A stretch of DNA of 64,000 nt from an uncultured Gemmatimonadales bacterium (GTDB lineage Bacteria > Gemmatimonadota > Gemmatimonadetes > Gemmatimonadales > Gemmatimonadaceae). Both the position numbers and the translations under genes were made by a program. The notes below the pieces were generated by a model. It had not been told where the DNA came from. It was given only the letters and a program-made list of their open reading frames with translations, and searched no databases. Location of the stretch: NCBI GenBank assembly GCA_963701965.1, contig OY969695.1, positions 1,088,001 through 1,152,000 of the forward strand, given 5' to 3'. Shown here piece after piece: positions 50,291-59,961 of the stretch (its first letter is position 1; the number at the start of each line of letters is the position of its first letter).

Positions 50291-51027
50291 GTTCCGGTGC
50301 GCCGGGCCAGGCGCGTCACGAATCGGATCTGATCGCCCCGGTAGTGCAACATCTCGTAGTCGACCGGTCGACGTCCGGGGCCGTAGGATGTGCGCTCGAT
50401 CCGAAAGATCGGACTGCCCGCATCGATACCCAGCGCCCTCGCGATCGCCGGCTCCGCGAGCGCCGCTTCCAGCCGATACTCGGCCTCGACGAGGCGCACA
50501 TCGTGATGCTGCTCGAGGAGCGCGAAGATCGGATGCGTCGCCAAGTCGTGCGCGATGACCTTGTCCCCGATGTCGCGCGGGAGGTACGTCTCGTCGAACG
50601 ACAGCGGCACACCGTCGGCGAGCCGGACCCGTTCGATCCGCACCACGGGCGTGCCCGCGACCAACCGGAGTTGCCGGGCGACGGTTTCGCTCGCGGCGAC
50701 GATCCCGGTCCCGAGCACGCGAGCCGTCGGCCGACGCCCCAACGCCTGCATGTCTTCGACAAAGCCCGTGAGCTCAGTGAGCTCCTGCGTGATCTTCGGC
50801 TCCGTGACGAACGTGCCTTTGCCCCGGCGGATCTCGACGAGCCCGCGGTCGGCCAGGACTTGGATCGTCTTGCGGACCGTGGTGCGGCTGACGCCGAAGC
50901 GCTCGATGAGCTCGTCCTCCGACGGCAGGCGACTGCCGAGGGGCATCGACCCATCGGCAATGCCTTCCGTGAGCGCCGTTTCGACCTGGGCGTAAAGCGG
51001 GAGCCGGCTATCGCGATCGATCACCAT
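50287..51027 (-). CDS. GntR (HutC/UTRA) transcriptional regulator
   Basis: PLYAQV, LPSEDEL, VSRTTVR, GKGTFV, UTRA C-domain. Confidence 0.93.
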   Translation of the reverse strand: MVIDRDSRLPLYAQVETALTEGIADGSMPLGSRLPSEDELIERFGVSRTTVRKTIQVLADRGLVEIRRGKGTFVTEPKITQELTELTGFVEDMQALGRRPTARVLGTGIVAASETVARQLRLVAGTPVVRIERVRLADGVPLSFDETYLPRDIGDKVIAHDLATHPIFALLEQHHDVRLVEAEYRLEAALAEPAIARALGIDAGSPIFRIERTSYGPGRRPVDYEMLHYRGDQIRFVTRLARRTGT

Positions 51028-51031
51028 CCAT

Positions 51032-51062
51032 GATATAATGACATCATCAATGTCATTATATC
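51032..51062. promoter_or_regulatory. Perfect 13-bp inverted repeat, probable GntR operator
   Basis: GATATAATGACAT-catca-ATGTCATTATATC, 4 nt upstream of the gntR ATG. Confidence 0.75.
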
Positions 51063-51133
51063 CACTGTGCTAACGTTTACACCTCAGCCGGCGTCACCCC
51101 AATAGACAAGGGAAACCGCTCCCCGCGCCCGGG

Positions 51134-51406
51134 ATGGAGGCAGATCTCGGCCACGTGTTGATCGGGACCACGAGCGGGTCAGCCTTGGAGCTGGAAAACG
51201 CCTACGTCGCGCACGACACGGTGACCGCCGAGGAGCGCGTCCACAAAGACATCCCGCTCGTCCCCGTCGCGTTCCCCCTGCGCAATGTGACGTCGCTTCA
51301 ACGCGGCGGGTTGAACGTGACCGCGACGGTGCTCAGCGCGGCATTTCTCGCCGCCACGATCACGACGTTCGATCTGGTGGCGCGGAACGGCTTTCGCCAT
51401 CCGTGA
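51134..51406 (+). CDS. Hypothetical protein, possibly N-terminally truncated
   Basis: Beta-rich segment followed by a C-terminal hydrophobic helix. No recognised motif. Confidence 0.4.
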   Translation: MEADLGHVLIGTTSGSALELENAYVAHDTVTAEERVHKDIPLVPVAFPLRNVTSLQRGGLNVTATVLSAAFLAATITTFDLVARNGFRHP

Positions 51407-51824
51407 CGGACTCGAACAACACGGCCTGGGCGCCTTCCCAAAGCGCCCGGCGCCCGATCTCCGCCAAGGCCCCGACGTCGTCACGGATCGTCAGGAAATG
51501 GGTCCCGTGGAGCGGTCCGGTCTTGGCGGCGAATCGAGTGCGGCCATAGGGGATTAGGATTTCCGTCTCGCTGACGCCACCGGGATACAGCAGGATCTGA
51601 CCCGGCTCGGGCTCGTGTACCGGGTGCTCGAGACGCTGGTCGACGCCGATATCGAGATCGCCGAGTGGCACCCACGTCGCTTCCCCGCTCCACCGCACGT
51701 GCAGCAGCGTCGCCCGGAGCGGCAAGAGCCGCTCGAAGGAGGCGCACGTCGCGGGCGCGCGGTCGTATTCCAGTCTTCCCGCCAGAATCGTCTGGCCGAC
51801 GGTCACGCGAAGATTCAAAGCCAT
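51360..51824 (-). CDS. DUF3830 (cyclophilin-like fold) protein
   Basis: HVRWSGE, PGQILLYPGGVSETEILIPYG. Confidence 0.85.
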   Translation of the reverse strand: MALNLRVTVGQTILAGRLEYDRAPATCASFERLLPLRATLLHVRWSGEATWVPLGDLDIGVDQRLEHPVHEPEPGQILLYPGGVSETEILIPYGRTRFAAKTGPLHGTHFLTIRDDVGALAEIGRRALWEGAQAVLFESVTDGESRSAPPDRTS

Positions 51825-51958
51825 AACCAGTTGGAATGGGACAATGAGGCAATTTCGAATTGTGCGGGGCACTCCGGGCTATGTAATCTCCAATGGTGCG
51901 GCGCCGCAAGCCGGGGCCGTTCGTACACCTTTGTCTCCTCTGGCCGCTTTTGCCCGCC

Positions 51959-54900
51959 ATGGTGCGTTTTGCGCTCCGCCAACCGTACACGGTCGCCGTC
52001 GCGTGCGGCGTGTTGCTGCTCATGGCGGTGCTTGCCGGCCAGCGGATGGCGGTCGACATCTTCCCGCTGATCGACATTCCGGTCGTCGCCGTCGTCTGGA
52101 CGTATCCGGGGATGATGCCAAGGGACATGGAGAGCCGCGTCGTCCTGCTCAGCGAGCGCAACCTCTCCTCGACGGTCGACGGCATCTCCCGTATCGAGTC
52201 GCAGTCGGAAACCGGTGTCGGGCTGGTCAAGATCTTTTTCCAACCTGGCACCAATATCGGCAATGCGATCGCGCAGATCGTCTCGTCGTCGCAGACGGCG
52301 ATCAAGGCGATGCCGCCGGGCATCACGCCGCCCTACGTTGTCCAGTCCAACGCCTCGAACGTCCCTGTCGCGCAGCTCACGCTGACATCCGAGACGATGC
52401 CCGAGCAGAACATCGCGGACTACGGGCAGAATTTCATCCGCCTGCGGTTGTTCACGATCCCGGGTCTGGCGACGCCGCAGCCGTATGGCGGCAAGACCCG
52501 GGAGATCACGATCGACGTCGACCCGGCGGCGTTGAACAGCAAAGGCCTGGCGGCGACCGACGTCCTCGCGGCGCTGCAGCAATCGAACATTATCCTCCCC
52601 GCCGGCACGGCCCGCATCGGCACGCGCGAGTACGACGTCGCGATGAACTCCAGTCCTTCGAGCATCGAGGCGTTCAATCAGATCCCCATCAAAGTGGTGA
52701 ACGGCGCCGTCGTGTCTGTCGGCGACGTGGCCCGTGTGCGCAATGGGTTCGCCGAGCAAACGAATATCGTGCGCGTGGACGGACGGCGCGCCGCCTATCT
52801 GACGATCCTCAAGAAAGCCGACGCGTCCACGCTCGCCGTTGTCGAAGCCACAAAGCAGATGATCCCCGAGATCCGGAGTGTGGCGCCCGCGGGCTTCAAC
52901 CTCCGGCTCGACTTCGACCAGTCGCGGTTTGTGCGCGCGGCGATCAGCGGCGTCATGCACGAAGCGATCACGTCGGCGGTGCTCGTCGCGCTCATGATCC
53001 TCGCCTTCCTCGGCAGTTGGCGCAGCGTGCTCATCGCCTGCATCTCGATCCCGCTGGCCATGGCGACATCGGTGATCGGACTGAATGCCACGGGCAACTC
53101 CTTCAACATCATGACGTTGGGCGGGCTGTCGCTTTCGATCGGGCTGTTGGTGGACAACGCCATCGTCACCATCGAGAATGTCCACCGCAATCGGGCCATG
53201 GGCAAACCGCTCACGGTCGCGATCCTCGACGCGCTGCAACAGATCGCCACCCCGGCGATCGTCGCGACGCTGGCCGTCTGCGTCGTGTTCTTCCCGGTGG
53301 TGCTGCTGGAGGGCCCGGCGCGGTTTCTGTTCATCCCGATCGCGCTCGCGGTCGTGATCGCGATGCTCGCCTCCTATGTCCTGTCCCGCACGCTCGTGCC
53401 AACGCTATCCCGCATGATGTTGGGCGCCGAGCCGGTGCACGATCCCGAGGGCGTCGATACGGGCGACGGCGTCGCGCATCCGCCGCCGCTCGCCGCCGAG
53501 GCCGGCCCGCTGGCGCGTTTCGGCCACGCGTTCAACAACACCCGCGATCACTATTTCGCGCGTTTCCAGAACGCGTACGCGCGTGTCCTGACGGTGCTCA
53601 TTCTGCATCGCCGATTTACGCTAGGCGTGTTTGGCGCCATCTTGGTCGCGAGCCTGGGATTGTTCGGCGTGACCGGCCAGGATTTCTTTCCGTCGACGGA
53701 CGCCGGCATCATGAAGCTCCACTATCGCGCGCCGTCCGGAACGCGGATCGAGCAGACCGAGGCACTGGTGAGCCAGATCGAGCGACGCATTCGCCAGCTC
53801 GTGCCGGCGGCCGAGTTGGCGACCATCAACTCGACGATCGGGATTCCCGGCTCGCTCAATCTGGCGTTCGTCCCCACGAACAACGCCAGCGGCATGGATG
53901 CCGAGATTCTCGTCGCCCTCAAGCCCGGGCATCGTCCCACGGAGGGCTACGTCCGGGAGCTCCGGACCACCCTGAATCGGGAGTTTCCCGGCTCGACGGT
54001 GTACTTTCAGACGGCCGATATCGTCGGCCAGGTGCTCAACTTCGGCCTGCCGGCGCCCATCGACGTCCAGATCCAGTATCCCGACCTCGATCGCGCCTAC
54101 GCCATGGCGCGCACCCTGCGGGACCGGATGCGCGAGGTGCCGGGGGCGGCGGACGTGACGATCAAGCAGGTCCTCGACTATCCGACGCTCTTCCTCGAGG
54201 TGGATCGCCAGCGGGCCGCGGAACTCGGGATCACGCAACGCGATGCGGCGAGCAGCATGCTGATCTCTCTGGCGTCGAGCGGCCTCGTCTCCCCGTCGTA
54301 TTTCGTCAATCCCGCGAACCAGGTCAACTACCTGGTGGCCGTCGAAGTGCCGCTGCCCAAGATGACATCGACGGCGGACGTGCTGGCGACGCCCGTCACG
54401 GCTGCCGGTCGTCTGACGCAGAGCGTCCCCGCGTGGGCAGCGACCAACCCTCAGCCCCGGGCGCCGGTACAGACGCTCGACAATATCGCGCACATGACGA
54501 CCACCGCGCAGCCGGCCGAGATCGATCACTATACGGTCGCGCGCGTGCTCGACATCACGGCCAACGTCGAGGGGCGCGACCTGGGGTCCGTCGTCGACGG
54601 CGTGCAACGCACCGTATCAGCGCTCGGCACGCTGCCCGCCGGCATGCACGTCACCGTGCGCGGCCAGGGCACCGTCATGCACCAGGCGTTCAGCAGCTTG
54701 GGGCTGGGATTCGTGGTCGCCGTCGTGCTGGTGTTCGCCCTCATGGCGGTCCTCTTCCAATCGTGGATCGACCCGTTGATCATCATGGGCACCGTCCCCG
54801 GCGCCGTCGTCGGCATTCTGTGGATGTTGGTCGCGACCGGAACGACGATCAACATCGAATCACTGCTCGGCGCGATCATGGCGGTAGGCATTGCCGTCGC

Positions 54901-55252
54901 CAACTCGATCCTCGTCGTGAGCTTCGCCAACGACCAGCGCGTCGAGCACAGCCTGGAGGCCGCGCAGGCGGCGATCGAGGCCGGCAAGACGCGCCTGCGC
55001 CCGGTGCTGATGACCGCCGGCGCCATGATCCTGGGCATGCTGCCCATGGCCATCGGGTCCGGTGAAGGCGGCGAACAGAACGCGCCACTTGGCCGCGCGG
55101 TGATCGGCGGCCTGGGAATGGCCACGGTCGTCACCCTGTTGATCGTGCCCGTCCTCTATACCGTCCTCGCGCGGAAACTCCCGGGCGCCTATCGCGTGGA
55201 GCAGCGGTTCCAGGCCGAGTCCCAAGGCCTGGCCTATCATGAACCATTCTGA
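51959..55252 (+). CDS. RND efflux permease (AcrB/AcrD/AcrF family)
   Basis: DIFPLIDIP, NIMTLGGL, VDNAIV, RLRPVLMT, PLGRAVIGG. Confidence 0.95.
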   Translation: MVRFALRQPYTVAVACGVLLLMAVLAGQRMAVDIFPLIDIPVVAVVWTYPGMMPRDMESRVVLLSERNLSSTVDGISRIESQSETGVGLVKIFFQPGTNIGNAIAQIVSSSQTAIKAMPPGITPPYVVQSNASNVPVAQLTLTSETMPEQNIADYGQNFIRLRLFTIPGLATPQPYGGKTREITIDVDPAALNSKGLAATDVLAALQQSNIILPAGTARIGTREYDVAMNSSPSSIEAFNQIPIKVVNGAVVSVGDVARVRNGFAEQTNIVRVDGRRAAYLTILKKADASTLAVVEATKQMIPEIRSVAPAGFNLRLDFDQSRFVRAAISGVMHEAITSAVLVALMILAFLGSWRSVLIACISIPLAMATSVIGLNATGNSFNIMTLGGLSLSIGLLVDNAIVTIENVHRNRAMGKPLTVAILDALQQIATPAIVATLAVCVVFFPVVLLEGPARFLFIPIALAVVIAMLASYVLSRTLVPTLSRMMLGAEPVHDPEGVDTGDGVAHPPPLAAEAGPLARFGHAFNNTRDHYFARFQNAYARVLTVLILHRRFTLGVFGAILVASLGLFGVTGQDFFPSTDAGIMKLHYRAPSGTRIEQTEALVSQIERRIRQLVPAAELATINSTIGIPGSLNLAFVPTNNASGMDAEILVALKPGHRPTEGYVRELRTTLNREFPGSTVYFQTADIVGQVLNFGLPAPIDVQIQYPDLDRAYAMARTLRDRMREVPGAADVTIKQVLDYPTLFLEVDRQRAAELGITQRDAASSMLISLASSGLVSPSYFVNPANQVNYLVAVEVPLPKMTSTADVLATPVTAAGRLTQSVPAWAATNPQPRAPVQTLDNIAHMTTTAQPAEIDHYTVARVLDITANVEGRDLGSVVDGVQRTVSALGTLPAGMHVTVRGQGTVMHQAFSSLGLGFVVAVVLVFALMAVLFQSWIDPLIIMGTVPGAVVGILWMLVATGTTINIESLLGAIMAVGIAVANSILVVSFANDQRVEHSLEAAQAAIEAGKTRLRPVLMTAGAMILGMLPMAIGSGEGGEQNAPLGRAVIGGLGMATVVTLLIVPVLYTVLARKLPGAYRVEQRFQAESQGLAYHEPF

Positions 55253-56378
55253 CATGCGATTGTATATTGGCGGCGTGCTCATCGTGGCGCTCACGATCGG
55301 CGCGGTCGTCGTCCTGGGCGCGTCGCGCAAGAGTTCACTCGCGCGCGAGGCCCGGGCGCGGGTCGCCGACGTCACGGCCGGACCCCGGGTGCAGGTGGCG
55401 CGTGTCGAGACCGGTGGGGGCGACCGGACCATCGTGCTCACCGGCGAATCGCGACCCTACTTTTCGGTCACGTTGTACTCGAAGGTGAGTGGCTACTTGA
55501 CCGCGGTGCGGGTCGACAAGGGCGACCCGGTGCGCAAAGGCGACGTGCTGGCGGTCGTCGAATCACCCGAGACGGACGAGGCGTACGCCTCCGCCCTCGC
55601 CGACGCGAAGAACAAACGGGAGATCGCGGATCGAGACGCGCAACTGATCGCGCGCAAGTTGATCGCGCCCGAGGAGGCACAGACCGCCGAGACCGACGCC
55701 GCGCAGGCCGAGGCGCACGCGCGGGCGCTCGCGACGCTGAAAGGGTACGAGGTCTTACGGGCGCCGTTCAATGGCGTGGTGACCGCGCGGTTCGCCGATC
55801 CGGGCGCGCTGATGCAAAACGCGCAGAACGCCCAGACGAGCGCGCTCCCCGTGGTGGCGGTGGGTCAGATCGATTCCCTGCGCGTCTTTGTGTACGTCGA
55901 TCAACGCGACGCGGGCGACGTCAAGCGCGGGTCGCCGGTGACGCTCGACGATCTCACGCACCCGAATGTCCCCATTCAGGGCCGGGTCACGCGGTACACC
56001 GGCGAGCTCGATCCGGCGACGCGGACGCTCCTGGCCGAGGTCGACGTGCCGAATGGCAAACGCGATCTCGTGGCGGGCGGCATCTTGCGGGTGACGATGC
56101 GCGTGCACGCCCCAGCCTACCTCCGGGTACCGGCCGAGGCGGTCTTCGCGCGCGGGAACGCGACGTTCGTGGCCCGCATCACGCCGGGCAACACCATCGC
56201 GTTTCATCTGGTCCACGTCCTCGACAACGACGGCGAGATGGTGCGGCTGGCGCCGCACGATGTCGACCCGGGCGACCGGGTCGCGCTCAACCTTGGCGAT
56301 AGCGTGCCCGATGGCCAGCGCATCCAACCGATCGCGGAGCCCTCGGCGGAGCCTTCGGCGACCAAACCGGCGGCGTAG
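55239..56378 (+). CDS. RND periplasmic adaptor (MFP)
   Basis: KVSGY...VDKGDPVRKG, RAPFNGVV, LDPATRT. Confidence 0.93.
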   Translation: MNHSDMRLYIGGVLIVALTIGAVVVLGASRKSSLAREARARVADVTAGPRVQVARVETGGGDRTIVLTGESRPYFSVTLYSKVSGYLTAVRVDKGDPVRKGDVLAVVESPETDEAYASALADAKNKREIADRDAQLIARKLIAPEEAQTAETDAAQAEAHARALATLKGYEVLRAPFNGVVTARFADPGALMQNAQNAQTSALPVVAVGQIDSLRVFVYVDQRDAGDVKRGSPVTLDDLTHPNVPIQGRVTRYTGELDPATRTLLAEVDVPNGKRDLVAGGILRVTMRVHAPAYLRVPAEAVFARGNATFVARITPGNTIAFHLVHVLDNDGEMVRLAPHDVDPGDRVALNLGDSVPDGQRIQPIAEPSAEPSATKPAA

Positions 56379-56385
56379 GTACGTG

Positions 56386-57777
56386 ATGCGATTCCTACGG
56401 GCGCGGGCGGTGTGGGCGGCCGTTTGCCTCGCGCCGGTACCGGCGCCGGCTGGCGCGCAGCCGCCGGCCGTCCAGCTCACGCTCGACAGCGCGGTGACGC
56501 TCGCCGTGCGCGGCGCGACACCCATCCTCCAGGCCCGCGACGTGTCGCGTCTCTCCGGCGCGTTGGTGCTCGAGCGCTATGCGCAGTTTCTGCCGGACCT
56601 CGGGGCGACTGGTGGGTTTGACCAGTACACGGGCAACCTGCTGCTCAGCCAGCGCGACATCAATCCGACGAACACCCGGTTTCGCGAACTGGGCTACCAT
56701 ATCTCGACCAGTCTCAATCTCTTCAACGGGTTCGCCAATGTGGCCGGCGTCAAGGCGGCCCTGGCGACGCGCACGGCGGCGGACCTGTCCCTGGCGCGCG
56801 CCCGACAGACCATCGCGTTGGACGTGACGCAAGCCTACCTGACGGTCATGCTGGACCAGCAGCTCGTCTCCATCGCCACCCAAAATGTCTCGGCGTCGCA
56901 GCTGCGCGTCGACCAGCTTCAAGAGCTCGTGCGCGTCGGCAAGCGCCCGCCGGCGGACCTCTACCGGCAGCAGGCGCAGGCCGCCGCGGATAAGTCAGCG
57001 CTGGCGGATACGCAGAATCGCGTCCAGTCTGACGAGATCAGTCTCCTGCAACGGCTGCGCGTGGATCCCCACCTGCCGGTCCAACTCGCCGCGCCGCCGC
57101 CGGACACCGACCGCCTCGGTGGTCGATACGCGGACGTGGACCAGTTGGTCAGGGACGCCACGGCGCGCCGCGCCGATCTGCAGGCGGCGAACGCCAACGT
57201 CGTGTCCAATCAGCAAGACATCGCGCGGGCGCGCAGTGGCTACCTGCCGCGCGTCAATGTCGGCGCGGGGGTCCTGAGCTCGGGCCGATTCTTCGATTAC
57301 GGCAATGCATCCAACGGGACGTCGATCATCACCGGTCGCCAAACGCCGCTGTGGGATCAAGTCGGGCGCCAGACCACCGGCGAGCTGTGGCTCGGTCTGA
57401 ACTGGTACGTCTTTGACCGCTTCCGGACGCGATTGTCGGTCGAGCAAGCGCACGTGTCGTACGACGCGGCGCGCTATGCCGACGAGGACCTGCGGCTCGG
57501 CGTGGCGGGGGATGTCGCGCGCGCGGTGGGCGACTACCGCACGTCGCTCCAGCAGCTCGCGTCGTCGCGCGCCGGGCTCGACGCGGCGCAGCAGGCGTAC
57601 GATTTGGTGAACGGGCGGTTCGAGGTGGGATTCGCGACGATTGTCGATGTGACCACGGCGCAGTCGGCGCTGGTCCAGGCGCAGTCCCTGCGCGCCCAAG
57701 CCATCGTCAACCTCGCGCTGCGAAAACGCGCGCTCGGTTACGCGCTCGGTCTCGACCCCGCCGCACCGCTGCCGTGA
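56386..57777 (+). CDS. TolC-family outer membrane channel
   Basis: Signal peptide, duplicated OEP helices, YLPRV, RFEVG. Confidence 0.92.
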   Translation: MRFLRARAVWAAVCLAPVPAPAGAQPPAVQLTLDSAVTLAVRGATPILQARDVSRLSGALVLERYAQFLPDLGATGGFDQYTGNLLLSQRDINPTNTRFRELGYHISTSLNLFNGFANVAGVKAALATRTAADLSLARARQTIALDVTQAYLTVMLDQQLVSIATQNVSASQLRVDQLQELVRVGKRPPADLYRQQAQAAADKSALADTQNRVQSDEISLLQRLRVDPHLPVQLAAPPPDTDRLGGRYADVDQLVRDATARRADLQAANANVVSNQQDIARARSGYLPRVNVGAGVLSSGRFFDYGNASNGTSIITGRQTPLWDQVGRQTTGELWLGLNWYVFDRFRTRLSVEQAHVSYDAARYADEDLRLGVAGDVARAVGDYRTSLQQLASSRAGLDAAQQAYDLVNGRFEVGFATIVDVTTAQSALVQAQSLRAQAIVNLALRKRALGYALGLDPAAPLP

Positions 57778-57815
57778 TCGACGTCGGGGCCTCTATCCCG
57801 CGCTAGCCCTCGGCG

Positions 57816-59102
57816 CTAGCGGAGCGCGGCCCGGATCTCGGCGGCCGCGCGGCGGCCGCTGGCGATGGCCCCGTGCACCGTCCCCGAGCGTCCCTCGGCG
57901 TCGGTCGCTTCCCCCGCGAAGAAAAGCGTGTCGCGCACGGGAGCGCGCAGGGTCAGGGGCGCGTCGATGCCGTTCACGAGTCCATAGCTGTAGGCGCCAC
58001 GGGCGTACGGATCGTGCTCCCAGTCGTAATACCAATGCGCCCGCACCAGGGCGTCCAGCCAGGAGCGCGGCGCATCGAGTTGCGCCGCCAGCGCGCCGAG
58101 CGCGCGATCGACGAGGGCCTCTGCGCCCGCCGAAGCGCCTGCCGCGGCGAGGGTCGTGGCGGCTGGTCCGCCGCACCATCCTACGAGCACCGGAGTCCGT
58201 AGGGGATAGGTCGTCCACCAGGTCGGCACCGTGGCATCAGACGTGAAGAGAAACCCCAGCCGGTCGAACCCCATCTCGTCCCAGAACGCCTCGCGAAACT
58301 GGACGACGAGTCGGACGACCGATCCGGTGGCGAGTCCGGCGATCGCCGCCGTCTTGTCGGGGCCGAGCGGCGGCTCGAACGCGATGCCGTCGGCCGCGGC
58401 GAGGACGGCCAGCGGCACGGTCACGATCGCGGCCTCGCCTTCGACCGTCGCGTCACCCGCGACTTGGACGGCGACGGCGCCGCGGCGCCAGCTGATGCGC
58501 TGCACGGGCGACGACAACCGAAGCGCACCGGCGGCGAGTCGACGCGCGAGCCAGTGAGGAACGCGGTCATAGCCGCTCACGATCCGATACGCGTGATCGC
58601 TCTGGTCGCGGGCCGACCCCGCCTGCGCTTGCGCGAGCCATCGCTCGCCGACCCGCGCGGGATCAGCGGCATCGAACCCGCGCACGAACTGGCGCGCCGA
58701 CGCGGCGTCGCGCGGCGCGACGCCTTCCGCGGCTAGAAACGCATCGAACGTCCGATCCGGCGCGCGAGCGGGATCCAGACGATCGAGCACGTGCCCCATG
58801 GCCGCGTTCGCGATGTCCGCCGGTTCTCGCGCTCCGGGATGCACGCGCCACGCCTGCCCGCCGACCGCGGTGAGCAGCAATCCCGCTTGGTCGGCCACGT
58901 CCAGCGTCTCGCGCACGCGCCCGTGCACGAACTCGGCGCCCAACTCGATCGGCGCGGGCAGACCGGGAGGCCGCAGGGTCAGCACCCGGCCGCCAATGCG
59001 GTCGCGCGCTTCGACGACGACGACATCGACGCCCGCCGACACCAACGCATCGGCCGCCGCCAACCCCGCGACGCCGGCGCCAATGACAATGACGCGCGTC
59101 GT
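57816..59102 (-). CDS. Flavin monoamine oxidase-family protein (start uncertain, possibly ACG)
   Basis: VIVIGAGVAGL, EARDRIGGR, ELGAEFVHG, GAYSY, FAGEAT, TVHGA. Confidence 0.9.
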   Translation of the reverse strand, partial: TTRVIVIGAGVAGLAAADALVSAGVDVVVVEARDRIGGRVLTLRPPGLPAPIELGAEFVHGRVRETLDVADQAGLLLTAVGGQAWRVHPGAREPADIANAAMGHVLDRLDPARAPDRTFDAFLAAEGVAPRDAASARQFVRGFDAADPARVGERWLAQAQAGSARDQSDHAYRIVSGYDRVPHWLARRLAAGALRLSSPVQRISWRRGAVAVQVAGDATVEGEAAIVTVPLAVLAAADGIAFEPPLGPDKTAAIAGLATGSVVRLVVQFREAFWDEMGFDRLGFLFTSDATVPTWWTTYPLRTPVLVGWCGGPAATTLAAAGASAGAEALVDRALGALAAQLDAPRSWLDALVRAHWYYDWEHDPYARGAYSYGLVNGIDAPLTLRAPVRDTLFFAGEATDAEGRSGTVHGAIASGRRAAAEIRAALR

Positions 59103-59103
59103 C

Positions 59104-59565
59104 CTAGAGTCCGAGATCGGTGAGGCCGGGATGAGCGTCAGGCCGCCGGCCCAGGGGCCAGTGAAACTTTCGCGCTGACTCGGCAATGGGCATGTCGTTG
59201 ATCGACGCGAAACGCCGTTGCATCAATCCGCCCCGGTCGAATTCCCAGTTCTCGTTGCCATAGGACCGGAACCACAGGCCGCTGTCATCGTGCCACTCGT
59301 ACGCGAAACGCACCGCGATCCGGTCGTCGGTGAATACCCACAGCTCCTTGATGAGCCGATAGTCGAGCTCCTTCGCCCATTTCCGCGTGAGAAAGGCGAC
59401 GATCTCGGCGCGGCCAACCGGAAACTCGGCGCGGTTCCGCCACCGACTGTCTTCGGTGTAGACCAGCGAGACCCGCTGGGGATCGCGGCTATTCCAGCCA
59501 TCCTCAGCCAGGCGCACTTTCGCGATGGCAGTGTCCCGCGTGAACGGCGGCACGAGAGCGGCCAT
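59104..59565 (-). CDS. DUF1348 / SnoaL-like (NTF2 fold) protein
   Basis: [31 protein letters not shown]. Confidence 0.9.
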   Translation of the reverse strand: MAALVPPFTRDTAIAKVRLAEDGWNSRDPQRVSLVYTEDSRWRNRAEFPVGRAEIVAFLTRKWAKELDYRLIKELWVFTDDRIAVRFAYEWHDDSGLWFRSYGNENWEFDRGGLMQRRFASINDMPIAESARKFHWPLGRRPDAHPGLTDLGL

Positions 59566-59601
59566 ACGGCATCCTCATCAAGATCGCCGGCCTCGGCCGT
59601 G

Positions 59602-59856
59602 CTACGCCGCTTCGCCCTGTTTGGCGACGCGCAGGAGTCCCAAGGCCGCATCGACCATGCGTGTGAGTCCCTCAAGATACTCACTCGCCGGCCCGATCGA
59701 TCGGGCCTGCAGCCCGTCGATATCGGCTCGATACTCGAGCAAAACACGCTGGTGGTCGCGCCGAGTTCCTCGCGCCGCCTGGATTGATACCAAGATCCGC
59801 TCTACGGCCAAGTCCAAGAGGAGCAGCTCGACCGAGTCGGTCGGATGGCGTATCAC
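59602..59856 (-). CDS. Small helical hypothetical protein
   Basis: Amphipathic helical ORF filling the gap before phoD. Start is GTG 59856 or ATG 59901. Confidence 0.45.
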   Translation of the reverse strand: MIRHPTDSVELLLLDLAVERILVSIQAARGTRRDHQRVLLEYRADIDGLQARSIGPASEYLEGLTRMVDAALGLLRVAKQGEAA

Positions 59857-59961
59857 ACTGGGGGAACCGCAGTTACGGGAGCCGAAGTTGGTGTCTCGCA
59901 TGGGCGATCGTAAAGGCAAGCCCCGTTCCACCGCGGAGCGTGCGGCGTCATAATACCGGGC

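Noticed and set aside
51959..55252. RND permease with VDNA/VANS in place of the AcrB DD/K proton-relay residues
   Set aside because: Such variants are, to my knowledge, common in non-AcrB RND subfamilies, so this is not evidence of novelty.
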